A program made the translations under genes and the position numbers. From IMG/VR virus record IMGVR_UViG_3300038393_001444, positions 30,345 through 94,344 of that record: a stretch of 64,000 nt of DNA; one strand, given 5' to 3'. Source of the DNA: a virus. How positions within the stretch are numbered: position 1 is the first letter of the stretch; each line of letters opens with the position of its first letter. Below the pieces are notes generated by a model. It did no database searches and was not told the origin of the DNA. It worked only from the letters and a program-made list of their open reading frames with translations. Shown piece after piece: positions 1-9,816 of the stretch.

Positions 1-2043
1 ACGCTGCAGGATCTGATCCGCTCGAAAGTCTCGTCCGAATTCGCCCGGCATTACAACACCCTGAAGCCCGATGCGCCGCTGAAGCTGGGCAAGACGGTCG
101 TGCGCGGCAACCTGAATCACCTGGATGCGGTCGATCCCGCCGCCCGGGAAGCGCGCGTAAAGGCCGAGCGCCAGCTGATCGACACGCTGCGCGAACGGCA
201 TGCCGGCAAGTACACGTCCGGCTCGGTGGCCGGCAAGCTGGAAGCTGCGAAGGAAGCCAAGGCAGCCTTCGAGCAGTCGCAAATGGGCTTCTTCTCGAGC
301 GAGGAAGCGCCGGCGGCGCTGTCCGGCGACGATGGCGATATAGGAAATCCTATATCGCTCGGCGCGGATGAGCGCCACACGATCGGCCAAGCCGCCGAAC
401 ACAAGCTGGCCGCGATGATGGGCGTGGTCGGCAAGAATTTCGTGCCGGGGCAGCCGACGAAGCTGTTTGCGGCCTCGATGAGCGGCAAGGATGGCATCAA
501 GCGGCAGCGCGCCATCAAGATGCTGCTGGCGAACAAGCGCATGATCGGCGGCCTGGGCGTGGGCTCGGGCAAGACCGGCATCGGCCTGGGCGCGTTCGCG
601 CACCTGAAATCCACCGGCAAGGCGAAAAAGGGCCTGTTCGTGGTCCCGTCGATCGTCCAAGGCCAGTTCGGCGGCGAAGCGCTGCGCTTTCTGAAGGCCG
701 GGCAATTCAACTGGCACTGCCAGCCGGGCGCGTCGCACGAAGAGCGGCTGGCCAGCTACAAGGATGCCGGCACCGACTTCCACGTGGTCACGCATCAGGC
801 GTTCCGCGATGACGTGCTGAAGCTGGCCGCCAAGCACGAGGGCAGCGATCCGGAAAAGATCGCCGCCGCGCTCGATGCGATGGATGCCGAAGGCCGGAAA
901 CACTACATCAAGGACATCCTCGACAAGGAAGGCATCGGCTTCGATTACGTGATGGCCGACGAGGGCCATGGCCTGCTGAACCGCGAAGGCAAGGAAAACA
1001 GCCGGCTGTCGAACGTGGTGCAGGGCGTCACCGATAGCGCCGAATACTACCTGCATGCGTCGGGCGATCCGGTCAAGAACGATGCTTCCGAAGCCTTCGA
1101 TCTGCTGGCGAAAATGGATGGCAAGCGCTACCACGACCGCGCCGCGTTCATGCGCCGCTATGGCGGCGATTCCCAGCTGGCCAAGGACGGGCTGCGCCGC
1201 GAGCTCGCGCGCTATGCCTATCTGGCGAAGATCACGCCGGACGTCAATGTCACGAAAACCGAGCGGCATATCGAACTGCACCCGGAGCAGCATGCCGCCC
1301 TGGATGCGATCGACCGCGCCGCCGCCAAGGTGCGCATCGCGCGCATGAACGGCGGCGTGGATCTGCCGGCGCTGCAGGAGCTCTCGCCGGAATCCTTCCA
1401 CGGTGCGCCCGAAGAGCAGCATGCCGAGATCGCGCAGGCGCTGACGAAGGCGATCGGCGTGATCAAGAACGCGGCGATCAACCGGGTGATCAACGCGCAC
1501 CCGAAGAGCGCGAAGCTGGACGATCTGGCGCAGACGGCCGGAGAACGCAAGGGCAAGCCCGGCGTGGTGTTCGCCCGCTCGCTCGCTGCCGTCGAACAGG
1601 CCAAGGCGCGCCTGGAAGCCGCCGGCCATCGCGTGGCGGTGATTACCGGCGCGGATAGCGCGAAAGACAAGGGCGCGAAGATCCAGCAATTCAATCCGGA
1701 CGATGGCGATCGGAAGGCCGATATCGTGATCTGCTCGGACGCCGGCGCGGTCGGCGCGAACCTGCAATCCGGCTCCTGGCTGTATCAAATGGACACGCCG
1801 GACACGGCGATGGTGCATGAGCAGCGCAACGGCCGCATCGCGCGCGTGGGCCAGAAAAACGACGTGGAATTGATCGATGCGATCGCCAACCATCCGCAGG
1901 AGCGGCGCGCGCGCGAGCGGCTGGCGAAGAAGGGAGAACTGCGCCGCGTGGTCACCGATCCGCTCGATGGCATCGATGACACGGGGCTGGCCGCCTTCCT
2001 GAGCGCACAAAACCACGCGCAACAGCAATCGATGCTGTTCTGA
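1..2043 (+). CDS. SNF2/SF2 helicase domain, C-terminal part of a large DarB-like protein (5' truncated)
   Basis: Frame open from base 1; motifs GLGVGSGKT (I), MADEGH (II), SGDPVKN (III), SDAGAVGANLQ (V), EQRNGRIARVGQ (VI). Confidence 0.85.
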   Translation, partial: TLQDLIRSKVSSEFARHYNTLKPDAPLKLGKTVVRGNLNHLDAVDPAAREARVKAERQLIDTLRERHAGKYTSGSVAGKLEAAKEAKAAFEQSQMGFFSSEEAPAALSGDDGDIGNPISLGADERHTIGQAAEHKLAAMMGVVGKNFVPGQPTKLFAASMSGKDGIKRQRAIKMLLANKRMIGGLGVGSGKTGIGLGAFAHLKSTGKAKKGLFVVPSIVQGQFGGEALRFLKAGQFNWHCQPGASHEERLASYKDAGTDFHVVTHQAFRDDVLKLAAKHEGSDPEKIAAALDAMDAEGRKHYIKDILDKEGIGFDYVMADEGHGLLNREGKENSRLSNVVQGVTDSAEYYLHASGDPVKNDASEAFDLLAKMDGKRYHDRAAFMRRYGGDSQLAKDGLRRELARYAYLAKITPDVNVTKTERHIELHPEQHAALDAIDRAAAKVRIARMNGGVDLPALQELSPESFHGAPEEQHAEIAQALTKAIGVIKNAAINRVINAHPKSAKLDDLAQTAGERKGKPGVVFARSLAAVEQAKARLEAAGHRVAVITGADSAKDKGAKIQQFNPDDGDRKADIVICSDAGAVGANLQSGSWLYQMDTPDTAMVHEQRNGRIARVGQKNDVELIDAIANHPQERRARERLAKKGELRRVVTDPLDGIDDTGLAAFLSAQNHAQQQSMLF

Positions 2044-2047
2044 AAAA

Positions 2048-2063
2048 GTCGTGATTGCAGGAT
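2048..2063 (+). promoter_or_regulatory. Late-promoter motif copy 1 (GTCGTGA-ttg-CAGGAT)
   Basis: Matches 12-copy intergenic consensus; ATG 7 nt after hexamer. Confidence 0.7.
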
Positions 2064-2070
2064 TCATGCA

Positions 2071-2316
2071 ATGAAATCCTCGATCGATCACGTGCGCGCG
2101 CTGGCGGCGAAAAACGCCGCGCTCATGGCGCAAGCGAAATCCACGCATGCCGGGCTGCTCGATGCCGCCGATGCCGAAGATGCGCGCCTGGGCCAAGCCA
2201 TTGCCGCGACCGATCGTGCCGCCGTGCTGGCCGATCCCGGGCTGGCTGCCGTCTACCGCAAGCAGGTGCGCGACCGCGCCTCCATCCAGCGCCTCGCTGC
2301 CGAACGCCATGCATGA
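2071..2316 (+). CDS. Hypothetical protein
   Basis: Compact helical ORF directly after promoter motif, overlaps next gene. Confidence 0.7.
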   Translation: MKSSIDHVRALAAKNAALMAQAKSTHAGLLDAADAEDARLGQAIAATDRAAVLADPGLAAVYRKQVRDRASIQRLAAERHA

Positions 2317-2509
2317 GATCCAAACCCGCCAGCTGCATTTCGCGGCCTACCTGAAAGCGCACGGCGCGGAATTCGTCGGTTGCGTCGATCGCGTCTTTAC
2401 CTTCCGCTCGCCCAAGCCGCTCGATGCGTGGCGCGTCGAACACGCCAATTCCGATGCGCGGCTGGTGGATCTGAACCTGATCGAACTGCGCCGTTTCCTC
2501 AAGGCATAG
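2309..2509 (+). CDS. Small hypothetical protein (MHEIQTRQLHFAAYLK, DUF5659-like)
   Basis: Internal ATG of ORF 2147..2509 overlapping upstream stop; typical small phage protein. Confidence 0.65.
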   Translation: MHEIQTRQLHFAAYLKAHGAEFVGCVDRVFTFRSPKPLDAWRVEHANSDARLVDLNLIELRRFLKA

Positions 2510-2519
2510 GCGAAAAAGA

Positions 2520-2535
2520 GTCGTGACGGAAAGAT
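2520..2535 (+). promoter_or_regulatory. Late-promoter motif copy 2 (GTCGTGA-cgg-AAAGAT)
   Basis: Consensus match; ATG 2544 8 nt downstream with no RBS. Confidence 0.7.
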
Positions 2536-2543
2536 CCGGTCCC

Positions 2544-3467
2544 ATGGAACACGCTTTCGAAAACCTGCCGTCGCACATTTGCTTCAGCGATCTGCTGAAG
2601 GCAACGCCCCGCATTGAGGGCGGCGAGCGCGTCATTTATATCGAGGCGTCCAGCCAAGCGAAGGATCTGCAGGGCGAAGTGATCCTGGCGAAGGCCCTGG
2701 CCGAATCGAAGGATTACTACCTGCAGTTCGGCAACCTGGATATCGATCACTACACGCAAATCGGCAAGCCGAATCCCGCCAAAGGTGCGGCCGGCATTCC
2801 CGATTACCTGTTCTACGAGATCGGCCGTCCGACCGAAGTGCGCATTGAGCGCAACCGCACGTTCGTGAAGGGCCTGATCAAGTCCGGCTTCGGCCCGGCT
2901 GCCGAAAAGGCCAACCTGTTCTGGAGCTCGCTGACCGAAGTCAATCCGCCGGAACGCTGGTATCCGAGCGTCGGCGGCGCGGTCATGGCCAAGGCCGAAG
3001 CCACGGATGAATCCACGGGCGCGACCTACCCGGTCATCACGAAGGTGCGCTGGACGAACATCGGCTTCTCGAAAACGCCGGTCAATCCGGATCTCGCCGA
3101 AGTCTCCACGGTGCCGATCGGCGCGCTGGCCAAGTGCTGGACCGCGCACGGCCTGGATCTGCGCAAGAGCCTGTCCGCTGGCTACAACACCGATTCCGCA
3201 ACGATGACCGGCGGCGATGCGCTGCGCGCCGGCAACGGCTCCGGCAGGAAGCAGGGCGATGGCCTGCGCCTGTACGTGAGCGACTACTTCAGGGATTTCC
3301 GCGATCCGTTCGCCAAGCTGGTGCACGACGGCCAAGCCGGTCGTTCGGTCGCCGACATGGTGAAAACCGCCACCACGCATTTCGAGCTCTCGCATTCCGA
3401 TGCGGCGCGCTACGTCGAAATGTTCCTTGACGATTTGAAACGCAGCACAAAAAGGGGAAGCCAATGA
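2544..3467 (+). CDS. Prohead maturation protease
   Basis: Position before scaffold and capsid; IEASSQAKDLQGEVI, DIDH, PSVGG and TPVNP motifs typical of phage prohead proteases. Confidence 0.8.
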   Translation: MEHAFENLPSHICFSDLLKATPRIEGGERVIYIEASSQAKDLQGEVILAKALAESKDYYLQFGNLDIDHYTQIGKPNPAKGAAGIPDYLFYEIGRPTEVRIERNRTFVKGLIKSGFGPAAEKANLFWSSLTEVNPPERWYPSVGGAVMAKAEATDESTGATYPVITKVRWTNIGFSKTPVNPDLAEVSTVPIGALAKCWTAHGLDLRKSLSAGYNTDSATMTGGDALRAGNGSGRKQGDGLRLYVSDYFRDFRDPFAKLVHDGQAGRSVADMVKTATTHFELSHSDAARYVEMFLDDLKRSTKRGSQ

Positions 3468-4312
3468 GCTTTGAAGCACTCACCAATCGTCTGAATGAGA
3501 TCGGCGATCTCAACAAAGCGCTCGCGGCCGATGCCGATGGTGCTGCAGACGACAAGAAAATCGCGGCCGCTGCCGCCGATGGCGCAGCCGCTGGCGGCGC
3601 GGACGGCGAAGGCGCTGGCGAAGGCAAGGAAGGCGCGACCGCTGGCGATGGCTCGGCCGGCAATCAGGGCGCGGATGGCGTGGATAACGCCGCCGGCGCA
3701 AACGATGAAGGCGGCGGCAATCCGGAAGATGAAGACGAGGACGAGGAAGGTGCAGGCAACAAGGGTGAAAAGCCCCTGGCCAAGTCCTTCTCGCTGCAGC
3801 TGGAAGACGGCACCGAAGTGGAAGCCTTCGATGGCACCGCGCTGATCAAGTCCTTCACCGAGCAGCTGGCTGCCGCCGGCGAGCGCCTGCAGACCGTGGA
3901 GCTCCACGCGCAGAGCCATAGCGAGCAAGTCATGAAGGCGCTCGGCACTGCCGCCGATCTGCTGGCCGGTCAAGCGCATGCGATCAAGACCGCCAACGCC
4001 ACCATCGCCGCGCAGGGCAAGGCCCTGGAAGAAACCGGCGCGCTGGTCAAGTCGCTGCAGGAGCGCGTGGAAACCCTGGCCAATGCCGGCCGTGGCCGCG
4101 CATCGACCGTGTCGATGAACGAAAAGCCGGCCGCCGATGGCGCGCTGGTCAAGTCCATGGGCGAGCCCATGAGCAAGCAAGAAATTCTGGCCAAGTCGCT
4201 CGCTGCGATGCAGACCGGAAAGATCTCGGGATTAGAAGCATCCGGTATCGAAACCCGCGTGAATCTCGGATTGCCTGTCGATCCGGTGCTTCTCGCAAAA
4301 ATCTCTCAATAA
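3464..4312 (+). CDS. Capsid scaffolding protein
   Basis: Acidic low-complexity N-half, coiled-coil C-half, between protease and capsid, repeated LxKS/KA sites. Confidence 0.75.
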   Translation: MSFEALTNRLNEIGDLNKALAADADGAADDKKIAAAAADGAAAGGADGEGAGEGKEGATAGDGSAGNQGADGVDNAAGANDEGGGNPEDEDEDEEGAGNKGEKPLAKSFSLQLEDGTEVEAFDGTALIKSFTEQLAAAGERLQTVELHAQSHSEQVMKALGTAADLLAGQAHAIKTANATIAAQGKALEETGALVKSLQERVETLANAGRGRASTVSMNEKPAADGALVKSMGEPMSKQEILAKSLAAMQTGKISGLEASGIETRVNLGLPVDPVLLAKISQ

Positions 4313-4330
4313 CTACGGGGGTAGTGAAAT

Positions 4331-5800
4331 ATGTTGGATCAACTGATAAATGGTGGCCAGTCCGGCGCTGCTGCCTCCGGCCTGAGCCAAGCCGGCGACC
4401 TGGGCATGGCCGAAGTCGAAGCGCTGAACAAGTCGCTGTCGGCGGGCTACGAGTCCGATATGAACGGCATGGCTGGCGGCTCCGCGCTGCGCATCCAGTC
4501 GCTCGACACCAACCTGCAAGCCACTGTGCAGGACAACAAGCACTTCGCGCTATTCAACGCGCTGCCGAAGCCTCGCGCGACGGCCGTGCTCGATGAATGG
4601 ACCGAGCAGCATTCGATCGGCGGCTTCTTCGGCGGCACGTTCAACGATCAGGATGGCATCGCCATGGAAACCCAGGGCGACTACACCCGCATGGTCGGTC
4701 GCGTGAAGTACATGAGCACCTATCGCAAAGTGCCGATCGTGCTGCAGCAGCAGAACAATCTGGCCGACGTGATCACGCTCGAGACCACCAACGGCACCAA
4801 GCAGCTGCTCACCGATATCGAAGTCGGCCTGTTCGAAGGCCGCGATGACGTCACGCCGAAAGCATTCGCCGGCATCCGCCAGCAGCTGGAGTCGCTGAAC
4901 TCGACCGACAACATCATCGATATGGCTGGCCAAGCGCTGTCCAACATCGATCCGATCGCCAAAGCCGCGCAGAACATCTTCGGCTTCGGCAACTTCGGCC
5001 GCGCCACCGATATCTATGTGCCGCCGTCGGTCCAGACCGACCTGAACATGGATCTCGACCCGGCGTTCCGCGTCATGCTCAACGCCAATGCGTCCAGCAC
5101 GGTGCGCGGCACCCACGTCGCCGGCGTCCAGACCTCCTACGGTCAGATCGCCACGCAAACCGACGTGTTCATCCGCGATGAAAAGCTGAAGATGCCGTTC
5201 GAATCGCGCAACGCGCTGCATGCCGCCGTCGCCGCCGCGAACTCCGCATTCAAGCCGCAGTCCGTCGCTGCTGTCGCTGGCGCGGGCGGTGCGGATTCCA
5301 TGTGGACTTCGGCCAATGCCGGCAATTACTACTGGTCGGTCACCGGCATCAACCAGAACGGCGAATCGCAATCGGTGCAAACCGCGCAAACCGCAGTCGC
5401 GTCTGGCCAGCAAGTCACGCTGACCATCACCGGCTCGGCAGGCGGCACCGAAACCGGCTACGTCATCTATCGCTCGCGCCTGAACGGCACGAACGCGCTG
5501 ACCGATCTGCGCGAAATGATCCGCGTTCCGAAGTCGGGTGCGACCACCACCTACATCGACAAGAACCGCGAAATCCCGGGCTCGACCTGTGCTTTCGTGC
5601 TGAACATGACCGCATCCGATCACGCGATCGCATGGCGTCAGTTCATGCCGATGATGAAGATCGCCATGGCAGCGACGAACAGCCCGATCATCCCGTGGCT
5701 GCAAATGATCTGCGGCTATCTGCGCATCACCAAGCGCAACCAGCACTGCATGATCAAGAACATCGTCACCAACAGCCAAGCGTGGCGTCCGTTCAACTAA
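4331..5800 (+). CDS. Major capsid protein
   Basis: 489 aa, N-arm KSLSAGY..GGSALRIQSLD, EVGLFEG motif, biased codon use, followed by strong terminator. Confidence 0.9.
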   Translation: MLDQLINGGQSGAAASGLSQAGDLGMAEVEALNKSLSAGYESDMNGMAGGSALRIQSLDTNLQATVQDNKHFALFNALPKPRATAVLDEWTEQHSIGGFFGGTFNDQDGIAMETQGDYTRMVGRVKYMSTYRKVPIVLQQQNNLADVITLETTNGTKQLLTDIEVGLFEGRDDVTPKAFAGIRQQLESLNSTDNIIDMAGQALSNIDPIAKAAQNIFGFGNFGRATDIYVPPSVQTDLNMDLDPAFRVMLNANASSTVRGTHVAGVQTSYGQIATQTDVFIRDEKLKMPFESRNALHAAVAAANSAFKPQSVAAVAGAGGADSMWTSANAGNYYWSVTGINQNGESQSVQTAQTAVASGQQVTLTITGSAGGTETGYVIYRSRLNGTNALTDLREMIRVPKSGATTTYIDKNREIPGSTCAFVLNMTASDHAIAWRQFMPMMKIAMAATNSPIIPWLQMICGYLRITKRNQHCMIKNIVTNSQAWRPFN

Positions 5801-5816
5801 TCCTTCGGGATTGGTG

Positions 5817-5846
5817 AAAAGCCGGGGAAACCCGGCTTTTTTTATT
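5817..5846 (+). terminator. Rho-independent terminator after capsid gene
   Basis: AAAAGCCGGG-GAAA-CCCGGCTTTT followed by T run. Confidence 0.9.
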
Positions 5847-5860
5847 CGTGACACTAGCCT
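5845..5860 (+). promoter_or_regulatory. Late-promoter motif copy 3 (TTCGTGA-cac-TAGCCT)
   Basis: One-mismatch consensus immediately after terminator. Confidence 0.65.
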
Positions 5861-5923
5861 GTAGGCTCGCTGCGGCTTCGGGCCGCCATTCATCCATTTC
5901 TGTCTCGAGACAAGGGAATCATC

Positions 5924-6304
5924 ATGCGCATCCTCTGCACTCTGCCGAACGCCTCCGAACTGATCAACGGCGTGAAGTTCGCCATTCATGAAGCCGGCCG
6001 CCTGTCCGAAGAAGTCGCCGAAGAGATCGGCCATGCCTTCCTGGCGATCCCTGGCTATCTGCTGCACGAAACGCCGGTGTCGGCGGTCGCGCAAGTGGTC
6101 AAGGCCGCCGATCCGGCGCTGGCCGCCGTGGTCGATGGCGCAGTCGCCGTCGCCGGCGACGTCAAGGAAGTGGCCAAGGATGCCGAAGCCGAAGTGGCTG
6201 CCGTCGATGCGGCCGCTGGCCAAGCGCCTTCGGCAGCGGATGCCGAGACTGCCGGCGACGAGCAAGCGCCGGCTGCGGCTGCCAAGCGCGGCAAGAAAGC
6301 CTAA
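5924..6304 (+). CDS. Hypothetical protein, head-associated position
   Basis: RBS AAGGGA, Ala-rich tail. Confidence 0.7.
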   Translation: MRILCTLPNASELINGVKFAIHEAGRLSEEVAEEIGHAFLAIPGYLLHETPVSAVAQVVKAADPALAAVVDGAVAVAGDVKEVAKDAEAEVAAVDAAAGQAPSAADAETAGDEQAPAAAAKRGKKA

Positions 6305-6372
6305 TGCGGTTGCCGCTCTGGCGGCGGCACAAGGGAATGCCTTCGACCAATCCTCATTTTTAGGGGTGCTTC

Positions 6373-6618
6373 ATGAGCAACAACACTGTGGCGAACAAGC
6401 CGCGTCAATCCGCAATCAACAAGATCAGCACCGCCACGGCGCGCGCCAAGCTGGGCGACGTGGTCGCTGACCTCACCACGCAAGTCAACACGCTGACCAC
6501 GCAACTCAACGCGCTGCTCACGAAACTCGATACCGCCAATCTGGCCGGCATGGGTACGACGAACAAGGCCACCTTCGGCGTGTCGCCCACGTCGGTCGTG
6601 AGCATGGAAAACCGCTGA
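6373..6618 (+). CDS. Small coiled-coil virion protein candidate
   Basis: RBS AGGGG, heptad pattern, biased codon use, terminator follows. Confidence 0.7.
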   Translation: MSNNTVANKPRQSAINKISTATARAKLGDVVADLTTQVNTLTTQLNALLTKLDTANLAGMGTTNKATFGVSPTSVVSMENR

Positions 6619-6642
6619 TCCGGGCGGTCTTTTCGCGGTAGC

Positions 6643-6668
6643 AGGGCGGGGTGATCCCCCGCCCTTTT
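6643..6668 (+). terminator. Rho-independent terminator
   Basis: AGGGCGGGG-loop-CCCCGCCCT-TTT. Confidence 0.7.
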
Positions 6669-6674
6669 CATTGC

Positions 6675-6690
6675 GTCGTGATGCCAGACT
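6675..6690 (+). promoter_or_regulatory. Late-promoter motif copy 4 (GTCGTGA-tgc-CAGACT)
   Basis: Consensus match after terminator, before 6709 operon. Confidence 0.7.
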
Positions 6691-6708
6691 GCGGCCAAGG
6701 GGGAAGGC

Positions 6709-7125
6709 ATGACAGATCAGGTTTCCGTGGTGATCGATAGCGCGCCGCTGCTGGTGCAGGCGCTCGATCTGTCCATGGACGTGTCGGTCAGCTACCCCGA
6801 AGCCGGCCAGGGCGGGGTGCTGGTGATCGAAGCCGCCCCGGTCGTGGTGATGGCGCAGCAAAACTTTTTCGCGGACGTGGAAATGGTGGCCATTCCCGCC
6901 GCCATCGGGGGCGATGTGCAACCAACAGCCAAACGCACCGACGTGGCCTCGGATACGGTGATGTATCGCGGCGAGGCGGCGGTCGGCTCGAGCGAGACCG
7001 CCAGCGTCTGGCGCATCGCGCGCATCACCACGGATGCCAATGGCGACCTGAAAGAAGAGTGGGCGAACGGCTCGGCGAGTTTCGCATTCGCCTGGGCCGA
7101 TCGCGCCAGCCTGGGATACCAATGA
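6709..7125 (+). CDS. Hypothetical virion protein
   Basis: RBS; beta-rich C-domain YRGEA..VWRIARI..FAWADRASLGY; coupled to next gene. Confidence 0.7.
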   Translation: MTDQVSVVIDSAPLLVQALDLSMDVSVSYPEAGQGGVLVIEAAPVVVMAQQNFFADVEMVAIPAAIGGDVQPTAKRTDVASDTVMYRGEAAVGSSETASVWRIARITTDANGDLKEEWANGSASFAFAWADRASLGYQ

Positions 7126-7577
7126 ATACTTACGACGTGATCCGTATTGCCGATGGCGTGAAGGTGTACGAATACCGCGCCGATGCCCCGATCGAATGGG
7201 GCGGCATGGAATTCGCCAACTACAACCATGTGCTGGTGGCGACCGACACAGCATCTTCGCCTGCGCCGGCTGGCCCCGCGCCGGTATTCGGCGGCAATCG
7301 CCACCTGACCAAGCTGGAGTTCCGCAAGCTGCTGCATGCGGGCGAGGAATCGAACATCGACCTGATCCGGGCCAAGTTCGAAGATCCCAGCTTCACGTTC
7401 AACAGCATTTCGTTCACCGATGCGCAGCGCAACCAGATCCGCGTGATCGCCAACAAGTACAACGAGGCGACCTATATCGATCTGGATGATCCGGACAACA
7501 AGGCGGGCCTGACCTTCTTTGCGCAGATCGGCGCGCTGGAGTCGATCGATCGCGTCGCGGAGATCCTGAATGGCTAA
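7122..7577 (+). CDS. Hypothetical protein, possibly fibre assembly chaperone
   Basis: ATGA overlap; LTKLEFRKL and IDLDDPD..GL..L..DRVAEIL resemble fibre chaperone tails. Confidence 0.6.
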   Translation: MNTYDVIRIADGVKVYEYRADAPIEWGGMEFANYNHVLVATDTASSPAPAGPAPVFGGNRHLTKLEFRKLLHAGEESNIDLIRAKFEDPSFTFNSISFTDAQRNQIRVIANKYNEATYIDLDDPDNKAGLTFFAQIGALESIDRVAEILNG

Positions 7578-9816
7578 CAAATACTGCGCGCACAATGCCT
7601 ACGCCCTGAGCGCCACGGTCACGGCGACGATCAACAGTGGCCAGCTTGTCGTTTCCGCGATCCAGTCCGGCTACCTCGGCCTAAATGGCGTCATTACTGG
7701 CGGCCTGTTGAGTACCGCAAGCCCGGCCCTGTATTACGTCACCAGCCAAGCCGGCGTGTCCGGCAACGTGACCGGCAACTATGGCATCGGCAACACGACC
7801 GGCGTATCCAACGATGGTACGGCGCGCACCTACACCATTTCCGCCGGCCTGCCGTTTTTGACCACGATCCCTTCGGCGCTGTGGGGCATGCCGCAGGAGG
7901 GCGATGGTCTGGCATCCACGCCATCGACGGCAGCGGCCACGGTCACGATCGACCTGACCGGCGCGACGGCCGCTGCAGCGGCCACCTTCACGGTGGCGGG
8001 CGCGGTGCTGACGTGCGTGGCATCCGGCGCGGGCGCGAATCAGTTCAACGCCGGCAGCGGTGCGACGCTGGTGGCGAACCTTGTCTCGGCGATCAATGCC
8101 GCGACGAACACGGTCAACGCGGCAGCCACTGGCTGGTTTGCGCACCAGCTGCGCGATGCCGTGTTTGCCCGCGTCAATCCCGGCAATACATCGAAGCTCG
8201 ACATCATGACGCGCGCCGGCAGCGCGGTCTATAACGCCAATTCGCTGTTCCAAGTCGCGCAGGCGAGCTTTACCGGGCTGTCCTCTGCCGGCCCGTGGCA
8301 GTTCGCGGGCGGCGTATCCGGCTGCTGGGGCACGGTGTTTTCCGGCGTGAACGTATCCGTGCTGCCTTCGGCGATGAACGGCAGCCGCATGTATGGCGTG
8401 TGGGGCGCATCGCCGCCGCTGGCTGGCGCATTGAACGCGGGCGACAACGTGTATATGCGCGCCAACGTCAACGTGCTGACCGGACCGGGCAACTATTACG
8501 ACTCGCTCACGATGAAGCCGTGCGGCTCGGTGTCGAACCCGGTCAGCTTCCTGATCGATGACGGCACGGTTTGGTCGGCAGACGGCACGACGCCGATTTT
8601 CACGGTCCTGTCAACGCCACTAGGTGGGCGCGGCAACAACTTCTTCGCCATGACGGATTACACGCTCGGCAGCGGCCTGATCCGCGTCTGCGGCAAGCGA
8701 TACAGCAATGGCAATGCGAATCTCGCGTTCAAGGGTTTGGTGGATGCATACACCCAAATCGTCGCGCCGTCACAGCTGTATCTGGAGCATGCCGATGTAT
8801 TTCAGGCGCTTTCCACGTTCACCAACGGCGTCGGCATCAACGTCGCTGGCGGTTTTTATGTGCCGACTGAGGCGCACTGGCATGATGTGCAACTCACGCA
8901 AAATTCGACCGGCTCGATCTACAATCTCAACGCCGGCAACTACAATACGCACAACTTCCGGCTGACCGGCAGCCAGATCATCAACACCGCGACGTCTGCC
9001 ACCCCGAACGTGATCGGCATTTCGGGCGGCAACAGCAATTCGCAGCTGGTGCTGGATGGCGTGACCTTCAGCGGCTTCGTGCCCGGCTCCAAGCTGCTGC
9101 CGGGCACGACTTCCACCTCCGTCGGTGAAATGCGCCTCGCGCTGAAGAACTGCAGCCTCGGTAACGTGGCTCCGATTCCGTGCTTCGCGGCAAACTCCTG
9201 CTTCAGCGGACTGTCCCTTTACGCCGCGTCGGCCACGCAGTTCGGCAACCGCGATTTCTTCAGCGACACGATGTTCGGCTTCGTGGAATGGAATTCGACC
9301 AAGTCGTTTCCGACGCTGCGCGCGCTGCTGCCGGATGGCGTCACGCCCTGGTCGCTGCATGCGATCCCGACCACGACTGCGGCCAATATCGGCCTGACCA
9401 AGCCGTTTGAATTGCCGCGCATTTCCAAGCTGAACAATCTGGCAACCGGGGATCGCACGGTCACGGTCGAATTCGCGGTGGAGCAAAGCCAGAACTGGAA
9501 CTCGTCCAATATCTCGGCCATCTTCGAGTATCAGGCAGCCGATGGCTCGATCGTGGCCGTGGACTCGCAATCGGGCGCGCTTGGCGTGACCACGGCGCTC
9601 ACGCCTTCCACGTCGACGTGGTCGAACGAGAAAAATGGGCAGGTGTATTACCCGATCGATGCGACCTACCACAACAAGTACAAGTTCTCGTTTTCCACGG
9701 TGCCGGGCAAGCAAATGGCAACGGGCACGGAGTTTTCGGTAACGCTGCGCATCTACACCAGCGTATCGAACACCTCGACCGGCGTGTTCATCTGCCCGGA
9801 ATTGGTGGTCGTGTAA
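7570..9816 (+). CDS. Large beta-rich virion appendage/spike protein (possible beta-helix)
   Basis: 748 aa rich in T/S/G/N/A with few charged residues; in structural operon. Confidence 0.7.
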   Translation: MANKYCAHNAYALSATVTATINSGQLVVSAIQSGYLGLNGVITGGLLSTASPALYYVTSQAGVSGNVTGNYGIGNTTGVSNDGTARTYTISAGLPFLTTIPSALWGMPQEGDGLASTPSTAAATVTIDLTGATAAAAATFTVAGAVLTCVASGAGANQFNAGSGATLVANLVSAINAATNTVNAAATGWFAHQLRDAVFARVNPGNTSKLDIMTRAGSAVYNANSLFQVAQASFTGLSSAGPWQFAGGVSGCWGTVFSGVNVSVLPSAMNGSRMYGVWGASPPLAGALNAGDNVYMRANVNVLTGPGNYYDSLTMKPCGSVSNPVSFLIDDGTVWSADGTTPIFTVLSTPLGGRGNNFFAMTDYTLGSGLIRVCGKRYSNGNANLAFKGLVDAYTQIVAPSQLYLEHADVFQALSTFTNGVGINVAGGFYVPTEAHWHDVQLTQNSTGSIYNLNAGNYNTHNFRLTGSQIINTATSATPNVIGISGGNSNSQLVLDGVTFSGFVPGSKLLPGTTSTSVGEMRLALKNCSLGNVAPIPCFAANSCFSGLSLYAASATQFGNRDFFSDTMFGFVEWNSTKSFPTLRALLPDGVTPWSLHAIPTTTAANIGLTKPFELPRISKLNNLATGDRTVTVEFAVEQSQNWNSSNISAIFEYQAADGSIVAVDSQSGALGVTTALTPSTSTWSNEKNGQVYYPIDATYHNKYKFSFSTVPGKQMATGTEFSVTLRIYTSVSNTSTGVFICPELVVV

